From the NCBI RefSeq assembly GCF_036365525.1, contig NC_090380.1, positions 43,669,682 through 43,733,681 on the forward strand: a DNA stretch of 64,000 bases. Direction: 5' to 3'. Below are positions 13,461 to 25,700 of this stretch, piece by piece. The translations under genes and the position numbers were made by a program. The stretch is from Heterodontus francisci. Its lineage: Eukaryota. The notes below the pieces were generated by a model that saw only the letters and a program-made list of their open reading frames with translations, was not told the origin of the DNA and made no database searches. Every line of letters begins with the position of its first letter. The stretch's first letter is position 1.

Positions 13461-13879
13461 AATAAACAAGTTCTATCCAGGCCAGACTGGTGATATGAAA
13501 AATGCTCCAGTTTTAAAACTTTGGTACTTGGGAAGGGAACATTTTCCCATTTTTTACACCCAGTATCATCAAGTACTTGAAATCTGATATAACCACGGGT
13601 ATAAGTGGCCATAATGGACAAATATCGCATTCTGGTTCTTGAATAATCTTATCTAATTTTAGCTCCTATCATTAAATAGACGACTAGTGAATTTTATTGA
13701 GTGATTTCAGTTTTGGCAATGATTTCATTGAGTCTGACATGATCCTGCTCTCCTGCTCCAGCCCCAGTCTGAAACTGCAGTCACTGCTAACAGTAAATAC
13801 CAGAGCCTACGTGGTTCAGCACCAATAGATAAGAATGTGTGCATGCTACAAGGTTTTGGTGAAAATGCTGAAAGGAAAT

Positions 13880-14079
13880 GGTCAGTTAATCACTTTTTCC
13901 CTCCATCCTATCATAGACCTTTCCCTTTTGTTCTTTTCCTGCACCACCCCCTCCCTTCCCTTCCCTTCGTCTGGCTCTGTATTTATTTAATAAAGCCGAT
14001 AATTTCAAACTTCCAGTTCTGATGAAAGGTCACTGACCTGAAATTTTAACTCTGGTTTTTTTTTCCCACAGATACTGCT
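13880..14079 (+). mobile_element. Penelope-type terminal repeat fragment with hammerhead-like core (copy A)
   Basis: CTGATGA(14019)-A-AGGTC-ACT-GACCT-GAAA(14040), followed by ..ccacagatactgct. The element resumes as tgacctgctcagt at ~14662 after an L2 insertion. Confidence 0.65.
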
Positions 14080-14084
14080 TAAAA

Positions 14085-14661
14085 TCCACAGATGTCTCCA
14101 CCCCTGTCTCAGCTCACCTGCAGCTGGAACCCTTTGTCACATCTAGACTCAACTATTCCAATGCTCTCCTGACAGGCTTCCCACCTTGCACTCTCCGTAA
14201 ATTTCAGCTCATCCAAACTTCTGCTGCATGCATCCTAACTAGCACCAAGTCCCATTCACCTATCACCCACGTGCTTGCTGACCTACATTGACTCCTGGCC
14301 CACCTTGTTTACAAACCCCTTCATGGCTTCACCCTCCCTATCTCCGTCATCTCCTTCAGCCCCACAACACTCCGAGAGCCCTGCACTCATTCAATTCAGG
14401 CTTCTTGAGCACCCCGATTTTAATCATTTCACCGTGCCTTCAGCTACCAAGATCCTAAACTCTGGAATTCCCTCTCTAAACCTTTCCACCTCTCTATCTT
14501 CTTTTTAGATGCTCCTTAGAACCTACTTCTTTGTCCAAGCTTTGGGTTACCTGGCCAGATAGTTCCTTGTCAGTGTCAAATTTTGTTTGATAGCACTCCT
14601 GTGAAGCTCCTGGAGACATTTTACTACATTAACTGCACTATATAAATATAAGTGTTGTTGT
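14085..14661 (+). mobile_element. L2-clade LINE 3' fragment
   Basis: Reads VTSRLNYSNALLTGFP..FQLIQTSAACILTSTKSHSPITHVLADLH, a typical L2 ORF2 C-terminus; tail ..cactatataaatataagtgttgttgtt. Confidence 0.8.
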
Positions 14662-14934
14662 TGACCTGCTCAGTGTTTCACCCAACCTCAGCACATCACT
14701 TGCCAATGCAGATATGTGACATTTCCATTTCCTCAAATAAGTGATTGCACTCTGAGCGAGACTGCTGTTTTAAATGAGGATTTACAACATGTCATAAATC
14801 TGCCTCATTGACAGCTCTACAATTTTTCACAAATCATTACATAAAGGTAGGTTCATGGACTGATTTCAGAGAAATGTCAGGTATAGCTATTATTTTATTT
14901 ATTCAATGCTCAAAGTGGTAATGAGCATAGAAAT

Positions 14935-15235
14935 GAGTGGCATAGATCTTGATGGCACCGTCTCAAGCAAAAATAACAATCTCTTGGTTTGTCAATGAAA
15001 TAGGATGAATGGAGATGATGGTGACCTGCAGATCATCATGACAGCAAGATATACTGCAGACAAAAATTTCATATTCTGCATGAACACAAAAGTCACTGAA
15101 ATGATGCTCATCAATAAAGAATAAAAATGGACATCAGGATTACAATGGATCATAAGCTAAAACAAGTGGATTGTTTTGCAACTTGGATTGACTCATTACA
15201 GAGACTTGTGGATGTTCAGAGATTAAATTACATTA
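14935..15235 (+). mobile_element. Highly decayed LINE RT fragment (RTE-like)
   Basis: Residual NNL..DLQ..NTKVTEMMLI..LKQVDCF readings resembling RT subdomains 5-7. Confidence 0.4.
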
Positions 15236-15390
15236 GGACAATTGAAAAAGACTGGATACCATCTAGAAATCAGAAGTGATAACAGTGCTATTAAAGGCTT
15301 TATCAACTGCTCATTCCAGTCATCCTTAATGGCATTGAATTGTGCCTGCACTACAATAATGATGAACCAAAGATATACTAATATAGAAGT

Positions 15391-15510
15391 TAAAGCAAAA
15401 TACAGTAGATGATGGGTAATCAACCTGAAACGTTAACTCTGTCTGTCTCTCTCTCTCTCTCCACAGATGCTGCTTGTGAGTGCTTCCAGCATTTTGTGTT
15501 TTTATTTCAA
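15391..15510 (+). mobile_element. Short Penelope-type element (copy B) with an inverted piece of its own 3' end
   Basis: GAAACGTTAACTCTG..ccacagatgctgc..ccagcattttgtgtttttatt, preceded by taaagcaaaatacagtagatg, which matches the minus-strand copy terminus at 56265. Confidence 0.65.
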
Positions 15511-15738
15511 TATGAAAACAAATCGGGTTGTTGAACTTATCAAAAACAAAAGATTGGGATGGAATTGAAGAAGCAATCAGTTTGGACTGGATTCATACTC
15601 AGTTCCAGAGATAACAGGATAAAGCTATAGCTTACTGTGCCAAACAGTCTCCATTAAATCTATTGTCTATGGCTAACTAGCTCAATGGATACATTGAACA
15701 GGTCACTTTTACATTTGTTGACATTATTAAATACATGT

Positions 15739-15900
15739 GGGATGAATTTCTGCAGGGGTTCACCTGATCATCCAAAATACTTTTAGCAGAAGAGATATGG
15801 AAATAGCGTAAACATAGTTCATGCCATTTTTCTGGAGTTTCAACAACAACTCTGCCAATGTTATGATGGCAGATTGGGAGAATCCTGGCAGAAATTCACC
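15739..15900. mobile_element. Short MITE
   Basis: Imperfect TIRs GGGATGAATTTCTGCAGG and CCTGGCAGAAATTCACC. Confidence 0.55.
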
Positions 15901-17279
15901 ATCTTCCAGTTTGTACTGTAGTCAACATAATAGAATGATTTTATACATTGCAATGTCAGTCTCCATTCTCTAGCTTTGAAATGTTATTTATGTATAGTAT
16001 ATGCACCTTCTGTTCAAAGTCTGTACCTTTAAAGGTGCAGTGCAGTTTTACACACTCGAGGAACTTCTACGTGAAATGGATAATTTTGCAATTACAATAT
16101 AGTAACATCATGCTGCTTATAAATAGTGATTCTAACTTTTTGTATTGCAGAAAGAGACAGAAAAAATTTAATCTTGATTTTCTTTGCAATGTGAATTAAA
16201 AATATTTAACACAAAATTCACCCCAACCTTGAAATTAGGAAAATTGTCCAGTTTTTTTTTCTAGCTACTTCCAACACATCTCCCTTCCCTTCAATTCATT
16301 TCTGGGATAGAGAGTTTCATGGAGTCCATATGTACTTTGGTACCTGGCGCAAGTGGCCTTTATTCACAGATAAGCCTTTATGGAGCAAGAACGCTTTTTT
16401 TGACCATAGACGGCACTGCACACACCCAAGCTTGCCTCACTCACAGCCATGGGTATATAACGGGGCAGGGGGTTCCCAAGCCCTCAGTGGGACATGGTGT
16501 ATGGATACCTCATGACTGGAGTGGGCGTTTCTACAACAGCCTTCTTACAATGGGGACCATAGCTTGGGGAGGAGGAGGTGGGTGCAGTTGGAGAGGAAGG
16601 CAGCTGTGTCTTCTTTCCAGGGATATTCCTTTCAACACCCCATAGCCAAAGCACCTTTTCTAGATTTTCCAACAACCTTAATATGGAAGGTGCCCCAGAT
16701 TATCCCTAAGTGGCATTGGAACAGGCAGGCAAATTAGGGAAGCTTTGTCTTAACCCACAAAGTCCAGAATCAGCAGCAGAGTTTCCTGGCAGGTGTATCT
16801 TAGTAGGAATGCACAGATGTGCCCCAGTGCAGATCTTCCAAGGCTTTCCTTTCTAAGATTGAATTCAGAGCTCTGAATAAAGAAGCATGACCAAAACTAA
16901 ATTAAAATTCCATATTGCAATTCAGACCACTCTCTCCCCCATGGCCAGCAATGTGTAATGGGTCAAGATCAATTGGAAAGCATATGCTATGCTACACTTG
17001 CAATTTATACAGCTGTCTTTGTGTGAATAATGGCCAATAAAAGCTTTTACACCAACAGTGAAGTCTAGGCTAGAATGTTAATAATGCTGAATGAAAAGGA
17101 AAAGTAATAAGTAACCACTATGAGAGCCTCTTGCAGCATACTTAGTAAAAACAGAAAGGAATACACTACTTAGAAACAACTATCAGATCAGCGAAACAAA
17201 TGAGGAAAAGAATGCTGAATCACATGTTGAAGATGCCTGACCATGTCAGAGTCTGACCCAACTCACTCCTCTGCCACAC

Positions 17280-17655
17280 AGGCTATCTGTGGCCCATGGA
17301 GGGCCACCAACAGCAAGCACTGACCTCCGTTAACAACTCCCACCCTCCCTCCACCCCCTTTTTAGCTGGGGCCTGCCTCACTCCAGCGCTGGGCCTGGTT
17401 CTAGGCCTCCTGTAGTACCAGTAGTGTCCAGCGCTCCTGGTGGCACTGCTGATACTACTGAGCTGCCGGCCCTCTGATTGGCCAGCAGCTGTTGGAGGCG
17501 GGATCCCCATCCTTAAAGGGATAGGGACCACAGTGCCAGGCAGTTAATTGCACGAGCACCATTGAATCACGTCAGGGAGGCTCTGAAGGGCTGAGGCCGG
17601 GTTCCCTTCGCCTTTTTGGCCCAATGCCAAGAGCCCCGCTGGCACGACTGAATAA
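17280..17655. mobile_element. GC-rich non-autonomous DNA-transposon-like fragment
   Basis: Abrupt GC-rich island with motifs (ctgattggccagcagc, ccttaaaggg, gttaattg) similar in style to the MITE at 341-1198; no coding signal. Confidence 0.4.
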
Positions 17656-17724
17656 TCTATCAATCTGAGTGTAAGAATTTATACATGTTCCCTCAATGTT
17701 GAAATTCAGTACAGTTAGAATCAA

Positions 17725-18100
17725 AGTGGTCAGTTGTGACTCAGTGGCAGCCCTCTTGCCTCTGAGTTAGAAATTCCACTAGAGACTTGAGCACATAAGC
17801 CAGGCTGACACTATTCAGGGAGTGCTGCAATGTCGGAAGTGGCATCTTTTGGCTGAGCTGTTAAACCAAGGCCACATCTTCCTCTCAGGTGGATGTAAAG
17901 GCATAATTTCGAAGTAGATCAGTGTACTGGTCATCAGCCAACATAACTGAAACAGACAATCTGGTAATTTCTGTTTGTGGGATCTTTCTGTGCACAAGTT
18001 GGCTGCCACGTTTCCTACATTACAAAAAGTACTTCATTAGCTGTAACATGCTTTGGAAGGTACTGAGGTCATGAAAGGTGCTATATAAATGCGAGTTCCT
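17725..18100 (+). mobile_element. Deu-domain SINE (SacSINE1/AmnSINE1 superfamily)
   Basis: Degenerate tRNA-like head (gactcagtggcagc); Deu core gttaaaccaaggcc..ctctcaggtggatgtaaa..ctgtttgtgggatc..ttggctgcc; L2-type tail aaaggtgctatataaatgc. Confidence 0.8.
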
Positions 18101-18494
18101 GTCTAGAACAATCAGCTTGCAAGTTGCAATTTGTAAGCAAAGACTCTTAACTGTGAAGTTAAAAATCGTAACAAATGTTGGCTGAAACTCATTGTTGCCA
18201 ATATTAATTGACAAATAAAATAGGTTAACAAAACTTGAGAACTACAAATGCATCAGCTAATTTCACCAACAGTACTTCTAGGCTATATTTGTTATTCTTG
18301 ATTGCAATAACCCCCTCCACAAATATCAAGGGAATTACACAGCTTAAAAGTGCAAAACTTAGTCCATTATGAAAAATCAGTCAGATAGATTAGATTGTAT
18401 ACAACTTTCCAGGCCACAGTGTTCATATGCACAAACTACAGTGGAATTTACAAAGTAATGCTTACTTTTCATATCCTTTACACTGCAAAAAAAG

Positions 18495-19343
18495 GGGCTA
18501 GATTTTGCTGGAGCAGGGTATCTCATAGTGTGCCCTGGTAGACAGACAATTTCATGTTTTAAAAAATGTTGCCCACAAAGTTGCTGGAAGTGCGAATTGA
18601 CAATGGGTAACAGGGTACCTGGGATCTTGGTGAACAATGGGACAAACAGTCTGTCTCCTTAAACAATTATATTAAAGAACTGAGAAATAAACAGGGGAAG
18701 GACTGAGAAGGAGCGTGAATTAGAGTGGGTGAACTCAAATGTCCAATTGGGTACAGGAAAAGAAATAAAAAGAGGGGGAAAATGATTGGATTAAGAGAGA
18801 CAAAAAAAGTCAGAAATTTGACTTTTTTTAAAAAACCTAAAACAATTTCCAGTCTGAACGAATGATACTTATAAATTGTTCATTTTCTGGGCAAGAGAGA
18901 TTGATTGCCAGTGATGTTGTTAAAAGTGTACTTTATTAATTACTAGACTTAATTTTTTGTGGTGAGTTTAATGGGCAATTAAGGTGTAAATGCAAGAACG
19001 TCATGTAATCACTGTAGAGTTAAGTATGAGATATCATTCCTGCGCAGCTAATGGTGGAGCATCACAAATTGACCAGCAACTGTGGCACATCACAGGGTGT
19101 CTCTTCATTGTTATGGTCTAGAATACACTGCCTGAAAGGGTGTGGAAGCAGATTCAATAGTCAGTTTCAAAAGGAAATGGATATATCATTGTAAAGAAAC
19201 AATTTGCAGGACTATGAGGAAAGAGCAGGGGAGTGGGACTAATTGGAGCTGGCACGGGCATGATGGGCTGAATGGCCTCCTGCGCTCAGATGCTACAAGC
19301 AACTGGCCAAATTCCACATTTTTATTTTCAGTAAATCTGGCTC
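18495..19343. mobile_element. Harbinger-like MITE (same family as 12734-13460) containing a CR1 3' tail at ~19108-19281
   Basis: TIRs GGGCTAGATTTTGCT and AGTAAATCTGGCTC; shared internal blocks; CR1 tail (gaagcagattcaatag..aatggcctcct) inside. Confidence 0.7.
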
Positions 19344-19462
19344 AAAGATAGGCCAATTTTTTGTTTTTTTATCTCCCTACCAAATTTGTTCAAAGTGATC
19401 CAATTCCAACTAAATTTATATTTTCAAATTTGTTTGAAGCATAATTGAAAATAAAACATTTA

Positions 19463-20400
19463 GGGCTGAATGTTAACTGTCCAACCTGCTCGCAGCAGTG
19501 AGGCTGGCAGAACGTTGGTAACCCGGAGGTTTCAGCAGTGGGTTTGTCAGTGTTTTTTTTTAATCCAGCCACTGTGTTTGCATCTGACCTCTGGGTATCC
19601 CAACCAATTAGAGCGCCACTATTTTAAAGGGACCCCGCGAGGGCCAGAATGGAAGCACTCTAGAAGTGCCAGAACTGAGCCAGCAACTGAACAAATTCAA
19701 TGTCAATGAGGGAAGACTGCACCATGGTTCTCAAATGCATCACTGGGCATCATACTTCGAGCTGTAAGGGCCTGCAGGGAGGTTCTGCTCCCCGTGGACA
19801 GGAGGGAGAAGAAGGTGTGGCTGGAAGGCTGAGGAGGTTAGCACCAGAAGTGTGGTGCCTCATTCCTGGATACAGTGCCTCAAGAGGTTTAGTGACCTGA
19901 TCAAGGCAGGAAAGGTGAGTGGAATTCCAGTCAAGTGCAAATCCCTTCACTCTGTCTTCCCCAGCCATCTCCGGTACATCACTCCTCAGACCAACAAACC
20001 TTGCAGGTGCACTCATCCATCTCTGTCGAGGCACCACCTCACATCCTCATCTGATTAGCCACCACTGACACTCCCCCTCATCTTAGTGCCATGTCACATG
20101 CATCCCTCACAGTGACCCTCCACAAATGACCTTCCATCTTTCAAAAACATTCCATAACTCACACTCATAGCTCTCTTCTGTCCTTGCAGGACAAGAGAGC
20201 ACACAACACAAGGGAGAGGCACAGAACCGGGGTTGGGGTGGGGGGTGGGGTTGGGAAATTGATGGTCCTCCAGTCATAGCCACCTTAACAGTTGCAGAGG
20301 AGGCGGTGTTGGAGATAAGCTGGGTCTCAGCACGCCTGGATACTGGAGATAGAAAGATAGGGGTCTCCCAGCTACCTGGTGATAGAATAAAATATCACTC
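19463..20400 (+). pseudogene. Harbinger left end with Myb/SANT-like gene relic (two exons)
   Basis: GGGCTGAAT TIR-like start; TAPWFSNASLGIILRAVRACREVLLP..VPHSWIQCLKRFSDLIKAGK|GTGAGT (donor 19915); acceptor ttgcag (20189), then DKRAHNTRERHRTG..LTVAEEAVLEI. Confidence 0.8.
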
Positions 20401-20699
20401 ACCCATGTTGAATTGATGCCACCAACCACTGAAATGATCTGCATCATGATGACAATGGGGATAGTCGCATAGTGATTATGTTACTGGACTAGTAATCAAG
20501 GCATGGGCTAACTTTTTGTGTTCAGATTTATTTATTTAACTGAATTGAAGTGGTGAGGTCTGAACTTGAATTATTTGGATTAGTCCAGTAATGTAACCAC
20601 TATGTTAACTAATTCTTGAAATGAACAGTTTCTTCATGTCTCTCACAGGTTCAATCGATAGTTACCACCTTTTGTTTTTGATGGCTCCACCTTATTGAT

Positions 20700-21000
20700 C
20701 GATTGGAAATCTTGGCTTCATTATCTCTACTGATTTCAAATGGAACTCATGTCACCATCAGAGCTAAAGCAATCTCCAAAAAGCTCAGATTCTTCTTTCA
20801 TGTCAAAATGTATTTTGGCCTCAAGAACTGAACTCTATAAAGTCTATCCAAGACTTAAATGTCACTCTTATAATCGAGGAAGACTGTCAACTCTTCTCTT
20901 ACAATCCTGAAGATACAAAATAACATTGTTATTCAGCACACAATCCTAATCTCACCCTAGCCTCTAACCTCTCTGCTCCAGTGCAGCCTTTTTTCCTTTC
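20700..21000 (+). mobile_element. Ancient LINE RT C-terminal fragment
   Basis: Residual LEIL..IISTDFKWNS..AKAISKKLRFFFHVKMYF..TLYK reading. Confidence 0.45.
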
Positions 21001-21704
21001 TTTATTTTCAATCAATATTACTATGGTCAATGCCCCTTTCAACTTTTTTTCCCTTGATTTTGCTGAGCTCTAAATATGCCATCTTAATCCACAATATGTT
21101 AAAGATTCAACCTCGGTGTCACAAATCATTACTTCCCCATTTTCTTGTTTTTTCTCACTTTTTTGAACTTCGGTGATCCTCTCCATGATGATCCTGAAGT
21201 TGAGGTACAGATCAGCCAGGAGCTAATTAAATGGCAGAATAGGCTCGAGCAGCTGAATAGTTCCTATGAACCTAGGTCCTTCCCCTAGAGTTTTCAATAT
21301 TTAAAAATGGTTCAACCACACTTTTGAAGCGATGTACCGGAAGCTTTCCATGAGATCCAGCTTGTGGAGTTTTTGATGATCAATTCCCATCACAACCACT
21401 GTTGATAGGCATAAAAGGATATACAAAAGATCCGTAAAATCAGTGTTGTAGAGTACCTAACCATAAACTTATCAGGATTGAAAAACAGCACTTATTTTGT
21501 TAGCTTCTGCTAGCAACCTCACCTTACTACTTGTCATATATATGACAATATTCAAAACATGTAATCACTGAAAGTTTTACTGGGTGTTAACTTGGAGTTA
21601 TTTTGTTTAACTACTCCTGGATAAAGTCAAAGAACAAAAAGTCAAGTCAGTTGTATTAAGTACAAAATCTGAAAATCCAATGTAATTATACAGTGGAATA
21701 TTCA

Positions 21705-21980
21705 ACCACACCTCCCAAACCCCTGGCCACCACCACCTAGAAGGTAAAGGCAGAGGAAGCATTTGACTACCATCACCTCCAAATTTCCCAAGTCACACAC
21801 TATCACTGTTCCATCAGCGTCACTGGATCAAAATCCTGGAACTATCAAACAGAACTGTGGGAGTACCTTCAGCACATGAACTGCAGTGGCTTCAGAAGGC
21901 AGCTCACCACCACCTTCATAAAGGATGGGCAATAAATACTGGCCGTGCCAGCAACACGCATATCTTGAGAGTCAACAAAA
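21705..21980 (+). mobile_element. 3' end of LINE, same family as 55335-58170
   Basis: Colinear with 57860-58170 (ccacctagaagg..tcaaaatcctggaact..aaggatgggcaataaa..gccagc). Confidence 0.8.
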
Positions 21981-22469
21981 TAAAAGTAAGAACAGGCTTT
22001 TGGGCTATTATATGTCACTTCCACTGATTTGATTGCAACCACATACAATGCTTTTTTTCCTGAACAGAAGTGTCTTTCTAAATAAATGACTGATTTGATT
22101 GTAGCACAAAGCACAGATGCAGAACCTTGTGATAGGTCATTTTTATAATATGCTCTTTTTTCCCCCTTCTGTTATAGTCATAGAAATGGAGCAACTAGTC
22201 TTGCAAAGAAGTCTGCACATTCCCAGGAAGAGCTCATCTCTCATTGTTTCCTGGTGCAGTAGAACCTTTTTATTCATGTTAACCAACAGTTACTTCAAAC
22301 CAACACATATATAGGAAGACTTGTCATCATTACAAAGACCCCGGAGCAAACGTTTCACAAAAGACTTCCAAATTCTCATTGTAAGGAACATCTTTTCCAC
22401 AATTTCAGTAAGGAATAATAAGCAGCAAGCTTTGGCTCAATGCAGCACTTCTGCAAGAGAGATCTATCT

Positions 22470-22780
22470 AATTGAAGTTGTTGAGATGACAGGAATTGAC
22501 TAAGTGAATGCAGATAAATTGTTCACTATTTCAAACGATTCAAGTAGCAGACACACCAATTTAAAAATTATGAAATCAGCAGTAAGATGTCACACAGAAC
22601 TTCTTTCACTTAAAAGGTATTGAAGATGGAGCAAGTTAGCAGCAAAATCCATTAAGGGTAGTCAGTGTAAATGGGTTCAAGAGACATCGAGGTAAATTCT
22701 CTTAAAAAAGGAGATTGAGGGCCAATGTGAAAAGTAGGGTTGGGTTGTTCAAAGGCTTAATAGCCTTTTTCTGACCTTGT
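22470..22780 (+). mobile_element. Old CR1 3' fragment
   Basis: gatctatctaattgaagtt..ttctttcact..ggttcaagaga..aatagcctt resembles a decayed CR1 3' end. Confidence 0.5.
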
Positions 22781-25700
22781 GACAGAAGTATAACCAGTGC
22801 TGACAGTGGTTACTTAATAGTTGATATAAACTGTCAGTGTACAGATGAAATAGTACTGCACTTTAATAATTCCAAGCTACAAAAACAGCTGCTTGACCTA
22901 TTTCCTACAATCTGCCGTTTTCCTTTGAAATGAAAGAAAATAAATCAATCCTGTTGATTTTAAGTGGGTGCTGAGTGTGCTGAACTATCCAACCTGAATT
23001 GTGTTATGAATCCTAAGGGAGTTATTAATGCAACTTCCACTTAAAACAATGAAGATACAAAATACATCACAAGTTCATAGACCAGATTGCAGCATAATCA
23101 TGGCAGTACAACACAATGGTCAATAAACTCTAATCTAGAAAATAAATTGCAACTTTATTTGACTCAATCTGATACATTTATGTTTCAATAAGATTGACTC
23201 TTTTAAAGGGGTAGAAATTCCCTCTTTTTCAAATCAAGAGTTAAAATGTGAAGAGAAACGGTGGAAAAGAAGTCAAATAAATCATTTATCTTTTCAATCC
23301 TACTGCTATGCACATTTTCTTTGTTTGCCTTTTTTCTTTCCATCTGTCTAGTTTCAAGACAAGACTTAACTTGGTCTGAACATTTTTTTTCCCATTTTTT
23401 TTCTCAGTTTTTGTTCTTACAGGCAAGAAAAGATTGCAATTAACATTCGTTACTATTAGCAATGAAAGTTAAATCTGGCAGAAACAGAGATGATGGCGAG
23501 CCAAGAAGTCAAATAATCATCAATTGAGGGGACAACTGAGAGAGTAGAGAACTGGCTTGAGAAAGTATAGAGGCAGTAGGACATGCGATGGGCCAAATAA
23601 CAGTTCAACAAAAAACAGACTATATGGAGAAAATTATACAGTTTTACTCCACAAATGATTGAAGCATTATTTATTCATTCTGGCAAGATAAAATTTTAAT
23701 GTTGAGATCATGTAATTGTACATTTCTGAAACTGCCTTTCAATGGATAGTTGTAACACAAAAAAAAGGAAGGTAGAAATGTAATTGAATGCACTATAAAT
23801 TCTGATCTATCACCCAGAATTTTCATTTATGACTATTAACCATCTGCTTTTGCCTGTAAGAATAAATGCAGACAAAAAATTAAGTCGGGGTAAAAGACAA
23901 CAATAGGTATATTTGGACTTCTTCAGTACTTCAGCATAGATTTTACTATTAAAGGCAAAAGGATGAGGCCAAGAGTTTTCACAATTTTCAATAGCAAGCT
24001 GAGTATCTCAATAATTCCTATTTCGAAGGTATTTTGTAATTTGCATGCCAAAATGCAGAATAACATTGCTGATGCTTGATTAGCAGCTGTTTATTAACAT
24101 CCCATCTGTACCTGAGATGTTTATTCATCTCCCTCTGCTTATTTGATAGTTTATTTTATTTTCTCCATTATCTTCCCCTTCCAAAGTTTGCCTCCAGCAT
24201 ATAATTCATATGCTGAAACCTAGGCTTCCACCAGTGCTTCTCTTTAGCCAGCCATTAGATTTCTCTTCCCTTCGGTGGGTGAAGCACTTAATCTCCACTA
24301 GGCTCTTCCCATTGCAGTATTAGAAATTCACTGTGGACTTGTACCCCTCAATTCCAATTGCACACCCATTTCATCCCCAATGAGCTGCCTCAACCATGCC
24401 ATGCTTCCTTAACATATCTTACTATGTTTCATCCCTCTTGTGTTTCAGTCCTCTTCCATCCATAATCCTCCAGATCATATATTGTGTTGCAATTAAAGAG
24501 GATGGGAAGCTATCTTTTTGAATCATCTGCTAGGAAAATAACTACATCAGCATTCCTTCAACCTGCCCCCCTCCCTCCTGAGGAAGCACCCTCCATCATT
24601 GCCTCTTGGTACCTCCCCCATCCAGCCCAGCTGAGATCAGGAGCTCCATCTGGTGGGATGTTCACTATGACAGCATTCCTTTTTCCCCTACCACCTCTAC
24701 ACTGCTAGTTGGTACCCTGTCCCCACAGCTCAGCTGAGATCAGGAGCTCTTCATGTAGGAAAGGAATCCTTTGTACATCCAGTCTACCGGGTGGCCTGCT
24801 AACAATGCTGTGGTGTTTATCACATGAAGAACACAAATTCAGAGGGATTTATTCAACACTATTAATCACTACTGTCTTTTCAAAAACCAAGCTGGATAGC
24901 TCATATGAACACTTAACTACCCAACCACACTGCCATGAATAATGTCCCTCTCCTGAATAGCAAACAGCTAAAGTAATGGACCTGCCCATCTATCTGAATG
25001 TCTATGTGAAAATCTCAGAAGCAAAATAACTCAGGAATAATGCTATAGATCTATTCTAATTTTTATGGCCAAGTCTTCCATGAGAATTAGTTCTATTTAA
25101 TTGCCAATTGGTGTTCTTTTGGATTTTTAAAATTCCAATTCTTTAGAAAACAGTAATAATGGGAACTATGGGGGACCTGGTTTAATTGCAAAAATCTCTT
25201 GGCATCATCTTTATTAATACATTCCATAAATGGAAAATCATATCCTTTTAATTCATCACATATAAGAACAGCTTTAATTACTACGATGCAAAAAAGAAAA
25301 AATACAGAAGTTGCCTATTTTCATATGATGGTAAGATTTGGGCATTACAGATGTTAAAAAGGGTTTGAAGCACTGATCAACTTCTTTATGGAGCTCCTAG
25401 TATTGCTATTGACCAGGTCACGCCATCCCACCACCTCCACAGTTTTCATTCTAGTGAAGGACAGCAAAGGAGCTGTCCTTTCTGCTGACTGCTATTACTG
25501 GATAAGTGCTGAATAAACTGGCTCATCACAGAAAACAAAACAGAAACATCATCTCAATTGAATGTCTGTGTGTTCGATTTAATTGACGAGGTGAGGCCAG
25601 ATCCGATAATATTGAGTGGAAGCAATCCAGTGTTTGGATGGATTCTTGTTTCAATACAAGCTTGGGAGACAAGCAGTCAAGTCAAGCATTTCTGAGAAAA

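Noticed and set aside
13815-13835. REST/NRSE site (TTCAGCACC)
   Set aside because: Only the left half-site matches; no GGACAG right half at canonical spacing.
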